DNA from: Heterodontus francisci
Lineage: Eukaryota
Length of the DNA: 64,000 nt
NCBI RefSeq assembly: GCF_036365525.1
Contig: NC_090399.1
Location: forward strand, 5,455,558-5,519,557
Reading direction: 5' to 3'
Shown here: positions 51,214-63,000 of the stretch, piece by piece
Position numbering within the stretch: the first letter of the stretch is position 1
Layout of the letters: each line of letters opens with the position of its first letter
Made by a program: the position numbers and the translations under genes
Notes under the pieces: model-generated
Seen by the model: the letters and a program-made list of their open reading frames with translations, nothing else
What the model was told of the DNA's origin: nothing
Database searches by the model: none

Positions 51214-53734
51214 AGAGAGGATCTGGATCGGCGCAGGCTTGGAGGGCCGAAGGGCCTGTTCCTGTGCTGTAATTATCTTTGTTCTTTGTTCTTTGTTCTT
51301 GTTCTTTGCGATCCCAACCTTCTGCCCCTCCCAAAGTTTATAAACTATGATCTTTATCTCTTCCCACCACCCCCGAGACCAATCGAAAACATTTAACCCT
51401 GTTTCCCACCCCCCCCGCCCCTCCACTGACCCCAAGCCTGATCCCCCTCCCCTCCCCAAACCAGTCTTCCGCCTCGGATCTCTGAATGGAGATTCGAATG
51501 CCCGGGAATGCCGGAAACCTACCTCAATATCGCAGCTGGACAGCCATTCGGAGCAGGTAAGTCATTAATTCAGTCATTTTAATTAATTACCATATTTAAA
51601 TACTGCTCCCATTGCCGAGTGGCGGCGGGTGGGGGAGTGAGGGAGGTGCCGTCATGAGGCTTCACTGCCGCTGGCAATACGGGGCCTCGCCTTCCCGGCA
51701 TCGAGGCCCGAGGTGGGCATTTTCCGGGGTCCCCCCCGCCATGACCCCCAATGTTGGGAGCTCGGTAAAACCCAGTCCGAGATATTAAGGGGAATTGATA
51801 GGGTAGAGAGAGAAATTATTACCACCGGATGGAGAGTCTAGAACTGGGGAACATAGACTAAAAATTAGAGTTAGACCTTTCAGCAGTGAAATTAGGAAAG
51901 ACTTCTGCAACATAAAGGATGGTAGAAGTTTGGAACTCTCTCCCTCAAATGGCAACTGATGCCAGATTAATTATTAATTTTAAATCTGCAAAAGCTGGTA
52001 TGTGGAGTTCAGTCACTGATCAACCGTGACCTCATTGAACAGCAGAACAAACTCAAGAAGCTTAAATGGCCTCTTCCTCTTCCCATGTCCCGACGTTCCT
52101 TTCTCCCTCGTTTATCCAGCTTCCCCTTAAGTGCATCTCTTTACTCCTCTCAACCGCTCCCTGTGTTAGCCAATTCCACACTCTCACCGTTCTCTGGGTA
52201 AAAAAGTTTCTCCTGAATTCCCGATTGGATTTATTACTGACTCTCTTCGATGGACTGAATGGCCTCCTTCTGTGCTGTAATTTTTCTGTGGTTCTATTTT
52301 TTTTTCTATTTGTGGCCCCTAATTCTGGTCTCGCCCACAAGTGGAGGTGTCGTCTCTCCAGAGATGTGCGAAGACAGGTACGTTAGGAAGACCAGCAGGA
52401 ATGCTTTTTAATAAAGAATGGATTTTTCATGTTCGCGATTCTGTTTTTGGGGCTACAAACAGAATCTATTGATGAAAGGAAATATCTGTAAAACGTGACA
52501 GGCCAACTGAAATCAGTAAATCCCCTCTGTACAACAGTTGTCATATAGCCACATGCGGCTCCAATTTAAAGAAAGGGAAAAAACAGCTTTTATGCAACAT
52601 CTTTCCTGATCTCAAAACATTCTGAAGTGCTTTACAGCCAAGGAAACAATGTTTGAAGTCTAGTCACTGTCGTGATGTCGGCAGTCAATTTGTGCACAGC
52701 AAGATCCCACGAAGGGCAATGTGACAAGTGACCAGATGAACTGTTTCAGTGATGATGGTTGAGGGACAAGTATTGACACCAGGGAGAACTCCCCTGTTCT
52801 TCTTCAAAATAGTGGGACCATTTATGTCTGTCTGAGAGGGCAGACGAGGCCTCGGTTTAACATCGCATCCGAAAGACGGCACCTCCAACAGTGGAGCACT
52901 CCCTCAGTACTGCACTGGAGTGGGACTTGAACTCACAACCTCCGACTCAGCAGGGAGTGTGACCTTGGCTGCTAGTCATTCACTAACAGTGTCCCCAGAG
53001 TATCCAGAATGCTTGGCTCAGCTGTTATATTACTGGAGACCACCTCCCCACAATTCACCCCACGCCCCCACCCCAAAGAAAATCAACTCAATTACCTGAT
53101 CTCCCATCTCCCGGATGCTGGAGAAGAATAGATCCCAAAAAAAGATCTCACTTACCTCCTTCCGACACCACGCCCTCCCCTCTCCTGACCCAGGAGAGTA
53201 GCGACTATTTCATTCAGATTCTCTGTTGCTGTGGGCTGCCCACTGGCACTGACTCCACGGCTGGGTTTTAAGCAATTCAGACAGGTGGACAAGCAATAAG
53301 GAACAGGAGGAGACCCATCAGCCCCTCCAACTCATTCCGCCATTCAAATAACTGAGGGCTGATCTGTATTTTCATTCCATTTATCCACCTTAACACCTAA
53401 CAAAAATCGATCAATCTCAGTTATGACATTTCTACTTGACCCCCCCAGTCTCAACAGCTTTTTGGGGGAGAGAGTTACAGATTTCCACTACTCCCTGTGG
53501 AGAAATGTTTCCTGATATCATCCCTGAACGGCCTTGGCTCTAATGGTGAGGCTGTGCCCCCTTGTTCTGATTTCCTGCTCACACTCGATTCCATTCGGTG
53601 TGAACAGCCTTGTGTGTAGTGCTCTGTATAACTCCTCCTGTCAGTGACACTAACCCAGATTTCAAACCCACCATCCCAGGGCACCTTGACAATTTGAAAT
53701 CAGTTTCAAAAAAAGTTGCAAATAAAAAAAGAAC

Positions 53735-54182
53735 AAAGTTGCATTTATATAGCGCCTTTTACAACTTCAGAATCCCCCAAAGTGCTTTACAGCCAACGAA
53801 ATACTTTTTTTTTGAACTGTCATCACTGTTGTGATGTAGGAAACACAGCAGCCGGTCTGCACAGAGCAAGATCCCACAGACAGCAATGTGATAAATGACC
53901 AGATCATCTGTTTTTGTGATGTTGATTGGGAGATAAATATTGGCCAGGATACTGGGAATAACTCCCCTGCTCTTTGAAATAGTCCCATAGGATCTTTAAC
54001 ATCCACCTAAGAGGGCAGATGGGCCCTTGATTTAATATTTCATCTGAAAGACGGCACCCTCCAGCAGTGCAGCACTCCCTCAGTACTGCACTGGGAGAGT
54101 CAGCCTGGATTATGTGCTCAGTTGTCTGGAGTGGGGCTTCAAGCCACAACTTGAGTGTGCTAACCCACTGAGTCACTGCTGT
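53735..54182 (-). mobile_element. Near-complete Deu-domain SINE (SacSINE1-like); other copies at ~3020-3410, 4305-4605, 14785-15105, 18755-19135, 25480-25830, 29265-29580, 30460-30790, 52590-52960
   Basis: Recurrent block gtgctgcactg..ggtgccgtctttc.gatgag..ttaaaccgaggcccc.tctgccctctcaggtgga..taaaagatccca, with an L2-like tail ggcgctatataaatgcaa. Confidence 0.85.
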
Positions 54183-54519
54183 GTCAGTAAACATGACTAT
54201 GCATCTGTCAGATTGTCTCAAAACCCAGCTTGTTCACTAACGTCCCTCTGAGGACTGGAAACCTGCCCTCCTTACACACTCTGGCATATAAGTGACTCCA
54301 GATCCACAGCAACGCAGTTTGTCTACTCAGTTCTATCAGGACCCACTACGAAGATTTGGCCAATTCGGGCTGAGCAGTAAATGCCAGCCTGGCCAATGAT
54401 GCCCTTGTCCCGGGAACGAATTTTAAAAAGCACTCAGTGCCACCAGCATCTGTGCGTGCACTCACCCCGCACACTGTCAACCAGCCTTCATCCTGTAGGA
54501 CAGAAACACCGCTCCTTAC

Positions 54520-54582
54520 CTGTGCTGAGGTGATCAGTATGGAATGCAGGAGCAATGTCAGGACCATGAGTCCAGCCCTCAT
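54520..54582 (-). CDS. OLFML2-family gene, exon 1: signal peptide MRAGLMVLTLLLHSILITSAQ
   Basis: ATG, basic n-region, hydrophobic core, small-residue cleavage site (TSA|Q); strong donor CAG|gtaagg, phase 0. Confidence 0.75.
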
Positions 54583-54999
54583 GGTGTCACCAGCTTGACC
54601 CCCTCCTGTCCTTTACAACCTGTGGCCCCACTGCAGCAGAATCCCACCGAGTCCACAAGCGGGCATTTTACCAGGGTTAAGCCAGGAGACTACTCAGCTT
54701 CTCCATCCTGTACCAAGCTGAAAAGAGGGCAGTGGGTGCAGGAGCAGGGGATACGTCGAGGAATAGAGGTGCCTCCCTGTATTAGAGTTCCATCTCTTTG
54801 CTGCTGTCAGTTGAGATGCCAACACTTGCCGGTTAATGAGGGTAGCAGGCAGGCTTCAGTCCCTGGTGACTCCGTATTCACAGCCCTGATCCTCACACTG
54901 GCACCAGTCAGCGTTTACATTGGATTCAGTGACAAGCCTGGAGAGATCAGTACACCAGCCCTGTTTCCTTTCACTTTCTCTGCCGTCCTGCTCTCCTGC

Positions 55000-55031
<32 letters not shown>

Positions 55032-55319
55032 GCTGCTCTGCATACATCACCCTGCCTTTGTTGTGCTGTCTTGCAGAACAAGTTGGTAACTAGTGTTTAA
55101 CCCATTACACACCGAGACTGCAATCCCCACTCTCCTGCACCTGGCCAACAGCACCACCTAGAGCCAGAGCTCAATGCCAGCAAGCAGGAGGAGCCCATTC
55201 TTCTGATCCACCGAGTAAGCTGGCTATTTGGCTATACAGAGCATCACAGCTGAGTTCCCCAGGCTGCATGCGTGCAGGAGTGACTGATTTTTTTTTTTAC
55301 ACACACTCTGTAGGTCAAG

Positions 55320-55645
55320 GACATTGAAGTCCTGTGACATTGATCACAAGTCGTGGGAGTCAGTTGCCAGCGATCGTCAGAGCTGGCGGGCAGCCATAAT
55401 GGCGGGGCTAAAGTGTGGCGAGTCGAAGAGACTTAGCAGCTGGCAGGAGAATAGACAGAAGCGCAAGGAGAGAGCCAACTGTGTAACAGCCCCGACAACC
55501 AATTTTCTCTGCAGCACCTGTGGAAGACTCTGTCACTCTAGAATTGGCCTTTATAGTCACTCCAGGCGCAGCTCCACAAACCACTGACCACCTCCAGGCG
55601 CGTATCCATTGTCTCTCGAGATAAGGAGGCCAAAGAAGAAGAAGA
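55320..55645 (+). mobile_element. RTE-clade LINE 3' fragment with C-terminal C2H2-like finger and (GAA)n tail
   Basis: WESVASDRQSWR..FLCSTCGRLCHSRIGLYSHSR*, followed by gaagaagaaga. Confidence 0.85.
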
Positions 55646-58600
55646 TAAGGCCATTCCCATGAGGCAAGTCCGAGAAGGCCATTCCTAAAAGGTCAGTCCT
55701 ATAAGGCCATTCCTATAAGGCCAGTCCTATAAGGCCATTTCTATAAGGTCAGTCCTATAAGGCCATTCCTATAAGGTCAGTCCTATAAGGCCAGTTCTAT
55801 AAGGCCAGTCCTATAAAGTCAATCCTATAAGGCCATTCCTATAAGGTCAGTCCTATAAGGCCAGCCCTATAAGGCCAGTTCTATAAGGCCAGTCCTATAA
55901 GGTCAATCCTATAAGACCAGTCCTATAAGGTCATTCCCATGAGGCCAGTCCTATAAGGCCAATCCTATAAGGCCAGTCCTATAAGGCCATCCCTATAAGG
56001 TCAGTCCTATAAGACCAGTCCTATAAGGTCATTCCCATGAGGCCAGTCCTATAAGGCCAGTCCTATAAGGTCATTCCTATAAGGCCAGTCCTATAAGGCC
56101 ATCCCTATAAGGTCATTCCCATGAGGCCAGTCCTATAAGGCCAGTCCAGAAGGCCATTCCTATAAGGCCATCCCTATAAGGTCATTCCCATGAGGCCAGT
56201 CCTATAAGGCCAGTCCAGAAGGCCATCCCTATAAGGTCATTCCCATGAGGCCAGTCCTATAAGGCCAGTCCTATAAGGCCATTCCTATTAGGCCATTCCC
56301 ATGAGGTCAGTCCTATAAGGCCAGTCCTATAAGGCCAGTCCTATAAGGTCAGTCCTATAAGGCCATTCCTATAAGGTCAGTCCTATAAGGCCAGTCCAGA
56401 AGGCCATTCCTATAAGGCCAGTCCTATAAGGTCAGTCCTATTAGGCCAGTCCTATAAGGCCATTCCTATATGGTCAGTCCTATAAGGCCAGTCCAGAAGG
56501 CCATTCCTATAAGGCCAGTCCTATAAGGTCAGTCCTATTAGGTCAGTCCTATAAGGTCAGTCCTATAAGGCCAGTCCAGAAGGCCATTCCTATAAGGCCA
56601 GTCCTATAAGGCCATTCCTATAAGGCCAGTCCAGAAGGCCATTCCTATAAGGCCAGTCCTATAAGGCCATTCCTATAAGGTCAGTCCTATAAGGACATTC
56701 CTATAAGGCCAGTCCTATAAGGCCATTCCTATAAGGTCAGTCCTATAAGGCCATTCCTATAAGGCCATTCCTATAAGGCCAGTCCTATAAGGCCATTCCT
56801 ATAAGGCCATTCCTATAAGGCCAGTCCTATAAGGCCATTCCTATAAGGCCATTCCTATAAGGTCAGTCCTATAAGGCCATTCCTATAAGGCCAGTCCTAT
56901 TAGGCCAGTCCTATAAGGCCATTCCTATAAGGTCAGTCCGATAAGGCCAGTCCTATAAGGCCATTCCTATAAGGCCATTCCTATAAGGTCAGTCCTATTA
57001 GGCCAGTCCTATAAGGCCATTCCTATAAGGCCATTCCTATAAGGTCAGTCCTATTAGGCCAGTCCTATAAGGCCATTCCTATAAGGTCAGTCCTATAAGG
57101 CCATTCCTATAAGGCCAGTCCTATTAGGCCAGTCCTATAAGGCCATTCCTATAAGGCCATTCCTATAAGGTCAGTCCTATAAGGCCAGTCCTATAAGGCC
57201 ATTCCTATAAGGCCATTCCTATAAGGCCAGTCCTATAAGGTCAGTCCTATAAGGCCAGTCCTATAAGGCCATTCCTATAAGGCCAGTCCTATAAGGTCAG
57301 TCCTATAAGGCCATTCCTATAAGGCCATTCCTATAAGGTCAGTCCTATAAGGCCAGTCCTATAAGGCCATTCCTATAAGGTCAGTCCTATAAGGCCATTC
57401 CTATAAGGCCAGTCCTATAAGGCCATTCCTATAAGGTCAGTCCTATAAGGCCATTCCTATAAGGCCATTCCTATAAGGCCAGTCCTATAAGGCCATTCCT
57501 ATAAGGCCAGTCCTATAAGGCCATTCCTATAAGGCCATTCCTATAAGGTCAGTCCGATCAGGCCATTCCTATAAGGCCAGTCCTATTAGGCCAGTCCTAT
57601 AAGGCCATTCCTATAAGGTCAGTCCTATAAGGCCAGTCCTATAAGGCCATTCCTATAAGGCCATTCCTATAAGGTCAGTCCTATTAGGCCAGTCCTATAA
57701 GGCCATTCCTATAAGGCCATTCCTATAAGGTCAGCCCTATAAGGCCATTCCTATAAGGTCAGTCCTATAAGGCCATTCCTATAAGGCCAGTCCTATTAGG
57801 CCAGTCCTATAAGGCCATTCCTATAAGGCCATTCCTATAAGGTCAGTCCTATAAGGCCAGTCCTATAAGGCCATTCCTATAAGGCCAGTCCTATAAGGCC
57901 AGTCCTATAAGGTCAGTCCTATAAGGCCAGTCCTATAAGGCCATTCCTATAAGGCCAGTCCTATAAGGTCAGTCCTATAAGGCCATTCCTATAAGGCCAT
58001 TCCTATAAGGTCAGTCCTATAAGGCCAGTCCTATAAGGCCATTCCTATAAGGCCATTCCTATAAGGTCAGTCCTATAAGGCCAGTCCTAAACGAAATTCC
58101 CATGAGGCCATTCCCATGTGGCCATTGCCATGAGGCCATTCCTATAAGGCCATTCCTATAAGGCCAGTCCTATTAGGCCAGTCCTATAAGGCCATTCCTA
58201 TAAGGTCAGTCCTATAAGGCCAGTCCTATAAGGCCATTCCTATAAGGCCAGTCCTATAAGGCCATTCCTATAAGGCCAGTCCTATAAGGTCAGTCCTATA
58301 AGGTCATTCCTATAAGGCCATTCCTATAAGGCCAGTCCTATTAGGCCAGTCCTATAAGGCCATTCCTATAAGGTCAGTCCTATAAGGCCAATCCTATAAG
58401 GCCAGTCCTATAAGGTCACTCCTATAAGGTCAGTCCTATAAGGCCATTCCTATAAGGTCAGTCCTATAAGGCCAGTCCTATAAGGTCAGTCCTATAAGGC
58501 CAGTCCTATAAGGTCAGTCCAATAAGGCCAATCCTATAAGGCCAGTCCTATAAGGTCACTCCTATAAGGTCAGTCCTATAAGGCCAATCCTATAAGGCCA

Positions 58601-59340
58601 GTCCTATAAGGTCACTCCTATAAGGTCAGTCCTATAAGGCCAGTCCTATAAGGTCAGTCCTATAAGGCCAGTTCTATAAGGTCACTCCTATAAGGTCAGT
58701 CCTATAAGGTCAGTCCTATAAGGTCAGTCCTATAAGGCCATTCCTATAAGGTCAGTCCTATAAGGCCAGTCCTATAAGGCCAGTCCTATAAGGTCAGTCC
58801 AATAAGGCCAATCCTATAAGGCCAGTCCTATAAGGTCACACCTATAAGGTCAGTCCTATAAGGCCAATCCTATAAGGCCAGTCCTATAAGGTCACTCCTA
58901 TAAGGTCAGTCCTATAAGGCCAGTCCTATAAGGTCAGTCCTATAAGGTCAGTCCTATAAGGCCAGTTCTATAAGGTCACTCCTATAAGGTCAGTCCTATA
59001 AGGCCAGTTCTATAAGGTCACTCCTATAAGGTCAGTCCTAGAAGGCCAGTCCTATAAGGTCAGTCCTATAAGGCCATTCCTATAAGGCCATTCCTATAAG
59101 GTCAGTCCTATAAGGCCAGTCCTATAAGGCCAATCCTATATGGCCAGTCCTATAAGGTCAGTCCTATAAGGTCAGTCCTATAAGGTCAGTCCTATAAGGC
59201 CAGTTCTATAAGGTCACTCCTATAAGGTCAGTCCTATAAGGCCATTCCTATAAGGCCAGTCCTATAAGGCCAGTCCTATAAGCCCATTCCTATAAGCCCA
59301 CTCCTAGAAGGTTACTCCTATAAGGTTACTCCTATAAGAC
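55645..59340. repeat. 14-bp satellite (ATAAGGYCAKTCCT), ~260 copies
   Basis: Direct periodicity. Confidence 0.98.
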
Positions 59341-59344
59341 CCAC

Positions 59345-60066
59345 CCATGGTTCACTCAGGAGATTTAGGAGAGTATTAGACTAAAAGATGAGGATTACAA
59401 TGTTGCAAAACATATTAGCAAGTCTGAGAATTGGGATTGTTTTAGAAACCAGCAAAGGGCCAACAAAAGGATGATAAAAAGGGGAAAAATAGATGAGAGT
59501 AAACTAGCCAGCAATATAAAAACAGATCGTAAGAGTTTTTGTAAGTACATAAAAAGCAAGAGAGTAGACATTGGTTCCTTAGAGGCAGAGACAGCTGAAA
59601 TTATCATGGGGAATGAGGAAATGGCAGAGGCATTGAACAAATATTGTGTGTCTGTCTTCACAGTCGAAGACACAAGTTCCAGATCAAAAATAGGCTGTAA
59701 CCTAGGGGCTAAAAAGAGTGAGGAAATTACAGATATTAATATCAGCTACGAAAATGCATTGGAGAAATTTGAGGGACTAAAATCTGACAAGTCTCCTGGA
59801 CCAGATAGACTGCCTCCTCGGATTCTAAAAGTGATAGCTGCAGAGATAGTGATAGTGGATGTGCTGGCTATGTTTTCCAGAATTCCTTAGAATCAGGAAT
59901 GGTCCTGTCAGATTGGAAATTGGCAAATGTTATGCTGCTTTTCAAGAAAGGAGGTAGACAGAAAATGGGGAACTACAGGAAGGCTAATGGTATGCTAACC
60001 TTTATCACAAGAGGATTTGAGTACAGGAGTAGTGAAGTCTTGCTTCAATTGTAGAGTACCTTGGTT
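59345..60066 (+). mobile_element. Degraded, internally deleted CR1 ORF2 fragment embedded in satellite
   Basis: KLASNIKTDRKSF, MAEALNKY, KSPGPD, then a jump from GNYR to KANGML. No 3' tail. Confidence 0.88.
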
Positions 60067-63000
60067 ATAAGCCCATTCCGATAAGGTCCCTCCTTTAAGC
60101 CTATTACTATCAGGTCACTCCGATATGCCCATTCCCCTAAAGTCACTCCTCTAAGCCCATTCCTATAAGGTTACTCCTATAAGCCCATTCCTCTAAGGTT
60201 ACTCCTATAAGCCCATTCCTCGAAGATCACTCCTCTAAGCCCATTCCTATAAGGTTACTCCTATAAGCCCATTCCTCTAAGGTCACTCCTCTAAGCCCAT
60301 TCCTATAAGGTTACTCCTATAAGCCCATTCCTATAAGGTTACTCCAAGAAGCCCATTCCTCTAAGGTCACTCCTCTAAGCCCATTCCCATAAGGTTACTC
60401 CTATAAGCCCATTCCTCTAAGGTCACTCCTCTAAGCCCATTCCGATAAGGTCACCCCTCTAAGCCCATTCCCCTAAGGTCACTCCTATAAGCACATTCCC
60501 CGAAGGTCACTCCTCTAAGCCCATTCCTATAAGGTCACTCCGATAAGCTCATTCCCCTAAAGTCACTCCGATAAGCCCATACCCCTAAAGTCACTCCGAT
60601 AAGCTCATTCCCCTAAAGTCACTCCGATAAGCTCATTCCCCTAAAGTCACTCCGATAAGCCCATTCCCCTAAAGTCACTCCGATAAGTCCATTCCCCTAA
60701 AGTCACTCCGATAAGCTCATTCCCCAAAAGTCACTCCGATAAACCCATACCCCTAAAGTCACTCCGATAAGCCCATTCCAATAAAGTCACTCCGATAATC
60801 CCATTCCCCTAAAGTCACTCCGATAAGCCCATTCCCCTAACGTCACTCCGATAAGCCCATTCCCCAAAAGTCACTCTGATAAGCCCATTCGCCTAAGGTC
60901 ACTCCGATAAACCCATTCCTCTAAAGTCACTCCGATAAGCCCATTCCCCTAACGTCACTCCGACAAGCCCATTCCCCTAAAGTCACTCCAATAAGCCCAT
61001 TCCCCGATAGTCACTCCGATAAACCCATTCCCCTAAAGTCACTCCGATAAGCCCATTCCAATAAAGTCACTCCGATAAGCCCATTCCCTTAAAGTCACTC
61101 CGATAAGCCCATTCCCCTAAAGTCACTCCGATAAACCCATTCCCCTAAAGTCACTCCGATAAGCCCATTCCCCTAAAGTCACTCCGATAAACCCATTCCC
61201 CTAAAGTCACTCCGATAAGCCCATTCCCCTAACGTCACTCTGATAAGTCCATTCCTATTAGGTCACTCCTCTAAGCCCATTCCCCTAAGGTCACTCCTCT
61301 AAGCCCATTCCCCTAAAGTCACTCCTCTAAGCCTATTCCTATAAGGTCACTCCTCTAAGCCCATTCCCCTAAGGTCACTCCTCTCAGCCCATTCCCCTGA
61401 AGTCACTCCTCTAAGCCGATTCCTATAAGGTCACTCCTCTAAGCCCATTCCCCTAAGGTCACTCCTCTAAGCCCATTCCCCTAAAGTCACTCCGATAAAC
61501 CCATTCCCCTAAAGTCACTCCGATAAGCCCATTCCAATAAAGTCACTCCGATAAGTCCATTCCCCGAAGGTCACTCCGATAAGCCCATACCCCTAAAGTC
61601 ACTCCGATAAGCCCATTCCCCGAAAGTCACTCCGATAAACCCATTCCCCTAAAGTCACTCCGACAAACCCATTCCCCTAAAGTCACTCCGATAAGCCCAT
61701 TCCCCCAAAGTCACTCCGATAAACCCATTCCCCTAAAGTCACTCCGACAAACCCATTCCCCGAAAGTCACTCCGATAGGCCCATACCCCTAAAGTCACTC
61801 CGATAAGCCCATTCCCCCAAAGTCACTCCGATAAACCCATTCCCCTAAAGTCACTCCGACAAACCCATTCCCCGAAAGTCACTCCGATAAGCCCATTCCC
61901 CTAACGTCACTCCGATAAGTCCATTCCTATAAGGTCACTCCTCGAAGCCCATTCCCCTAAGGTCACTCCTCTAAGCCCATTCCCCTAAAGTCACTCCTCT
62001 AAGCCTATTCCTATAAGGTCACTCCTCTAAGCCCATTCCCCTACGGTCACTCCTCTAAGCCCATTCCCCTGAAGTCACTCCTCTAAGCCGATTCCTATAA
62101 GGTCACTCCTCTAAGCCCATTCCCCTACGGTCACTCCTCTAAGCCCATTCCCCTGAAGTCACTCCTCTAAGCCGATTCCTATAAGGTCACTCCTCTAATC
62201 CCATTTCCCTAAGGTCACTCCTCTAAGCCCATTCCCCTTAGGTCACTCCTCCAAGCCCATTCCCCTAAAGTCACTCCGATAAACCCATTCCCCTGAAGTC
62301 ACTCCGATAAGCCCATTCCAATAAAGTCACTCCGATAAGTCCATTCCCCGAAAGTCACTCCGATAAGCCCATACCCCTAAAGTCACTCCGATAAGCCCAT
62401 TCCCCTAAAGTCACTCCGAAGAGCCCATTCCCCGAAAGTCACTCCGATAAGCCCATTCCCCCAAAGTCACTCCGATAAACCCATTCCCCTAAAGTCACTC
62501 CGACAAACCCATTCCCCGAAAGTCACTCCGATAAGCCCATTCCCCTAACGTCACTCCGATAAGTCCATTCCTATAAGGTCACTCCTCTAAGCCCATTCCC
62601 CTAAGGTCACTCCTCTAAGCCCATTCCCCAAAAGTCACTCCTCTAAGCCTATTCCTATAAGGTCACTCCTCTAAGCCCATTCCCCTACGGTCACTCCTCT
62701 AAGCCCATTCCCCTGAAGTCACTCCTCTAAGCCGATTCCGATAAGGTCACTCCTCTAATCCCATTTCCCTAAGGTCACTCCTCTAAGCCCATTCCCCTTA
62801 GGTCACTCCTCCAAGCCCATTCCCCTAAAGTCACTCCGATAAACCCATTCCCCTGAAGTCACTCGGATAAGCCCATTCCAATAAAGTCACTCCGATAAGT
62901 CCATTCCCCGAAAGTCACTCCGATAAGCCCATACCCCTAAAGTCACTCCGATAAGCCCATTCCCCTAAAGTCACTCCGATGAGCCCATTCCCCCAAAGTC

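Larger units (their letters stand above)
47480..51307 (+). mobile_element. Young CR1 LINE, 5'-truncated within ORF1, with intact ORF2 and a (TTCTTTG)n tail
   Basis: Two adjacent uninterrupted ORFs, a CR1-type 3' UTR (ttggagggccgaagggcctgttcctgtgctgt) and a microsatellite tail at ~51275-51307. Confidence 0.97.
47136..51778. mobile_element. Non-autonomous TIR element (~0.8 kb without the nested CR1), PIF/Harbinger-like
   Basis: Left end GGTCTGGATTTTAT versus reverse complement of right end GGACTGGGTTTTAC (11/14 identical); flanked by AAG/GAG. Removing it restores an older CR1 reading DDLIKVFK-ILRGIDRV. Confidence 0.7.
47095..52080 (+). mobile_element. Old CR1 3' fragment split into 47095-47135 and 51779-52080 by the TIR element
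   Basis: gaagattaagagatgatttgatcaaagttttcaag joins atattaaggggaattgatagggtag; a degenerate CR1 3' end follows. Confidence 0.8.

Noticed and set aside
54544-55089. 181-aa + strand ORF
   Set aside because: Antisense to exon 1 and the promoter, includes a (CT)n microsatellite, and has no recognisable domain.
55645-59340. Array of CArG (SRF) or TATA boxes
   Set aside because: CCTATAAGG is CC(W)5GG, one base short of a CArG box, and TATAAG is not a good TATAWAW match. No functional evidence.
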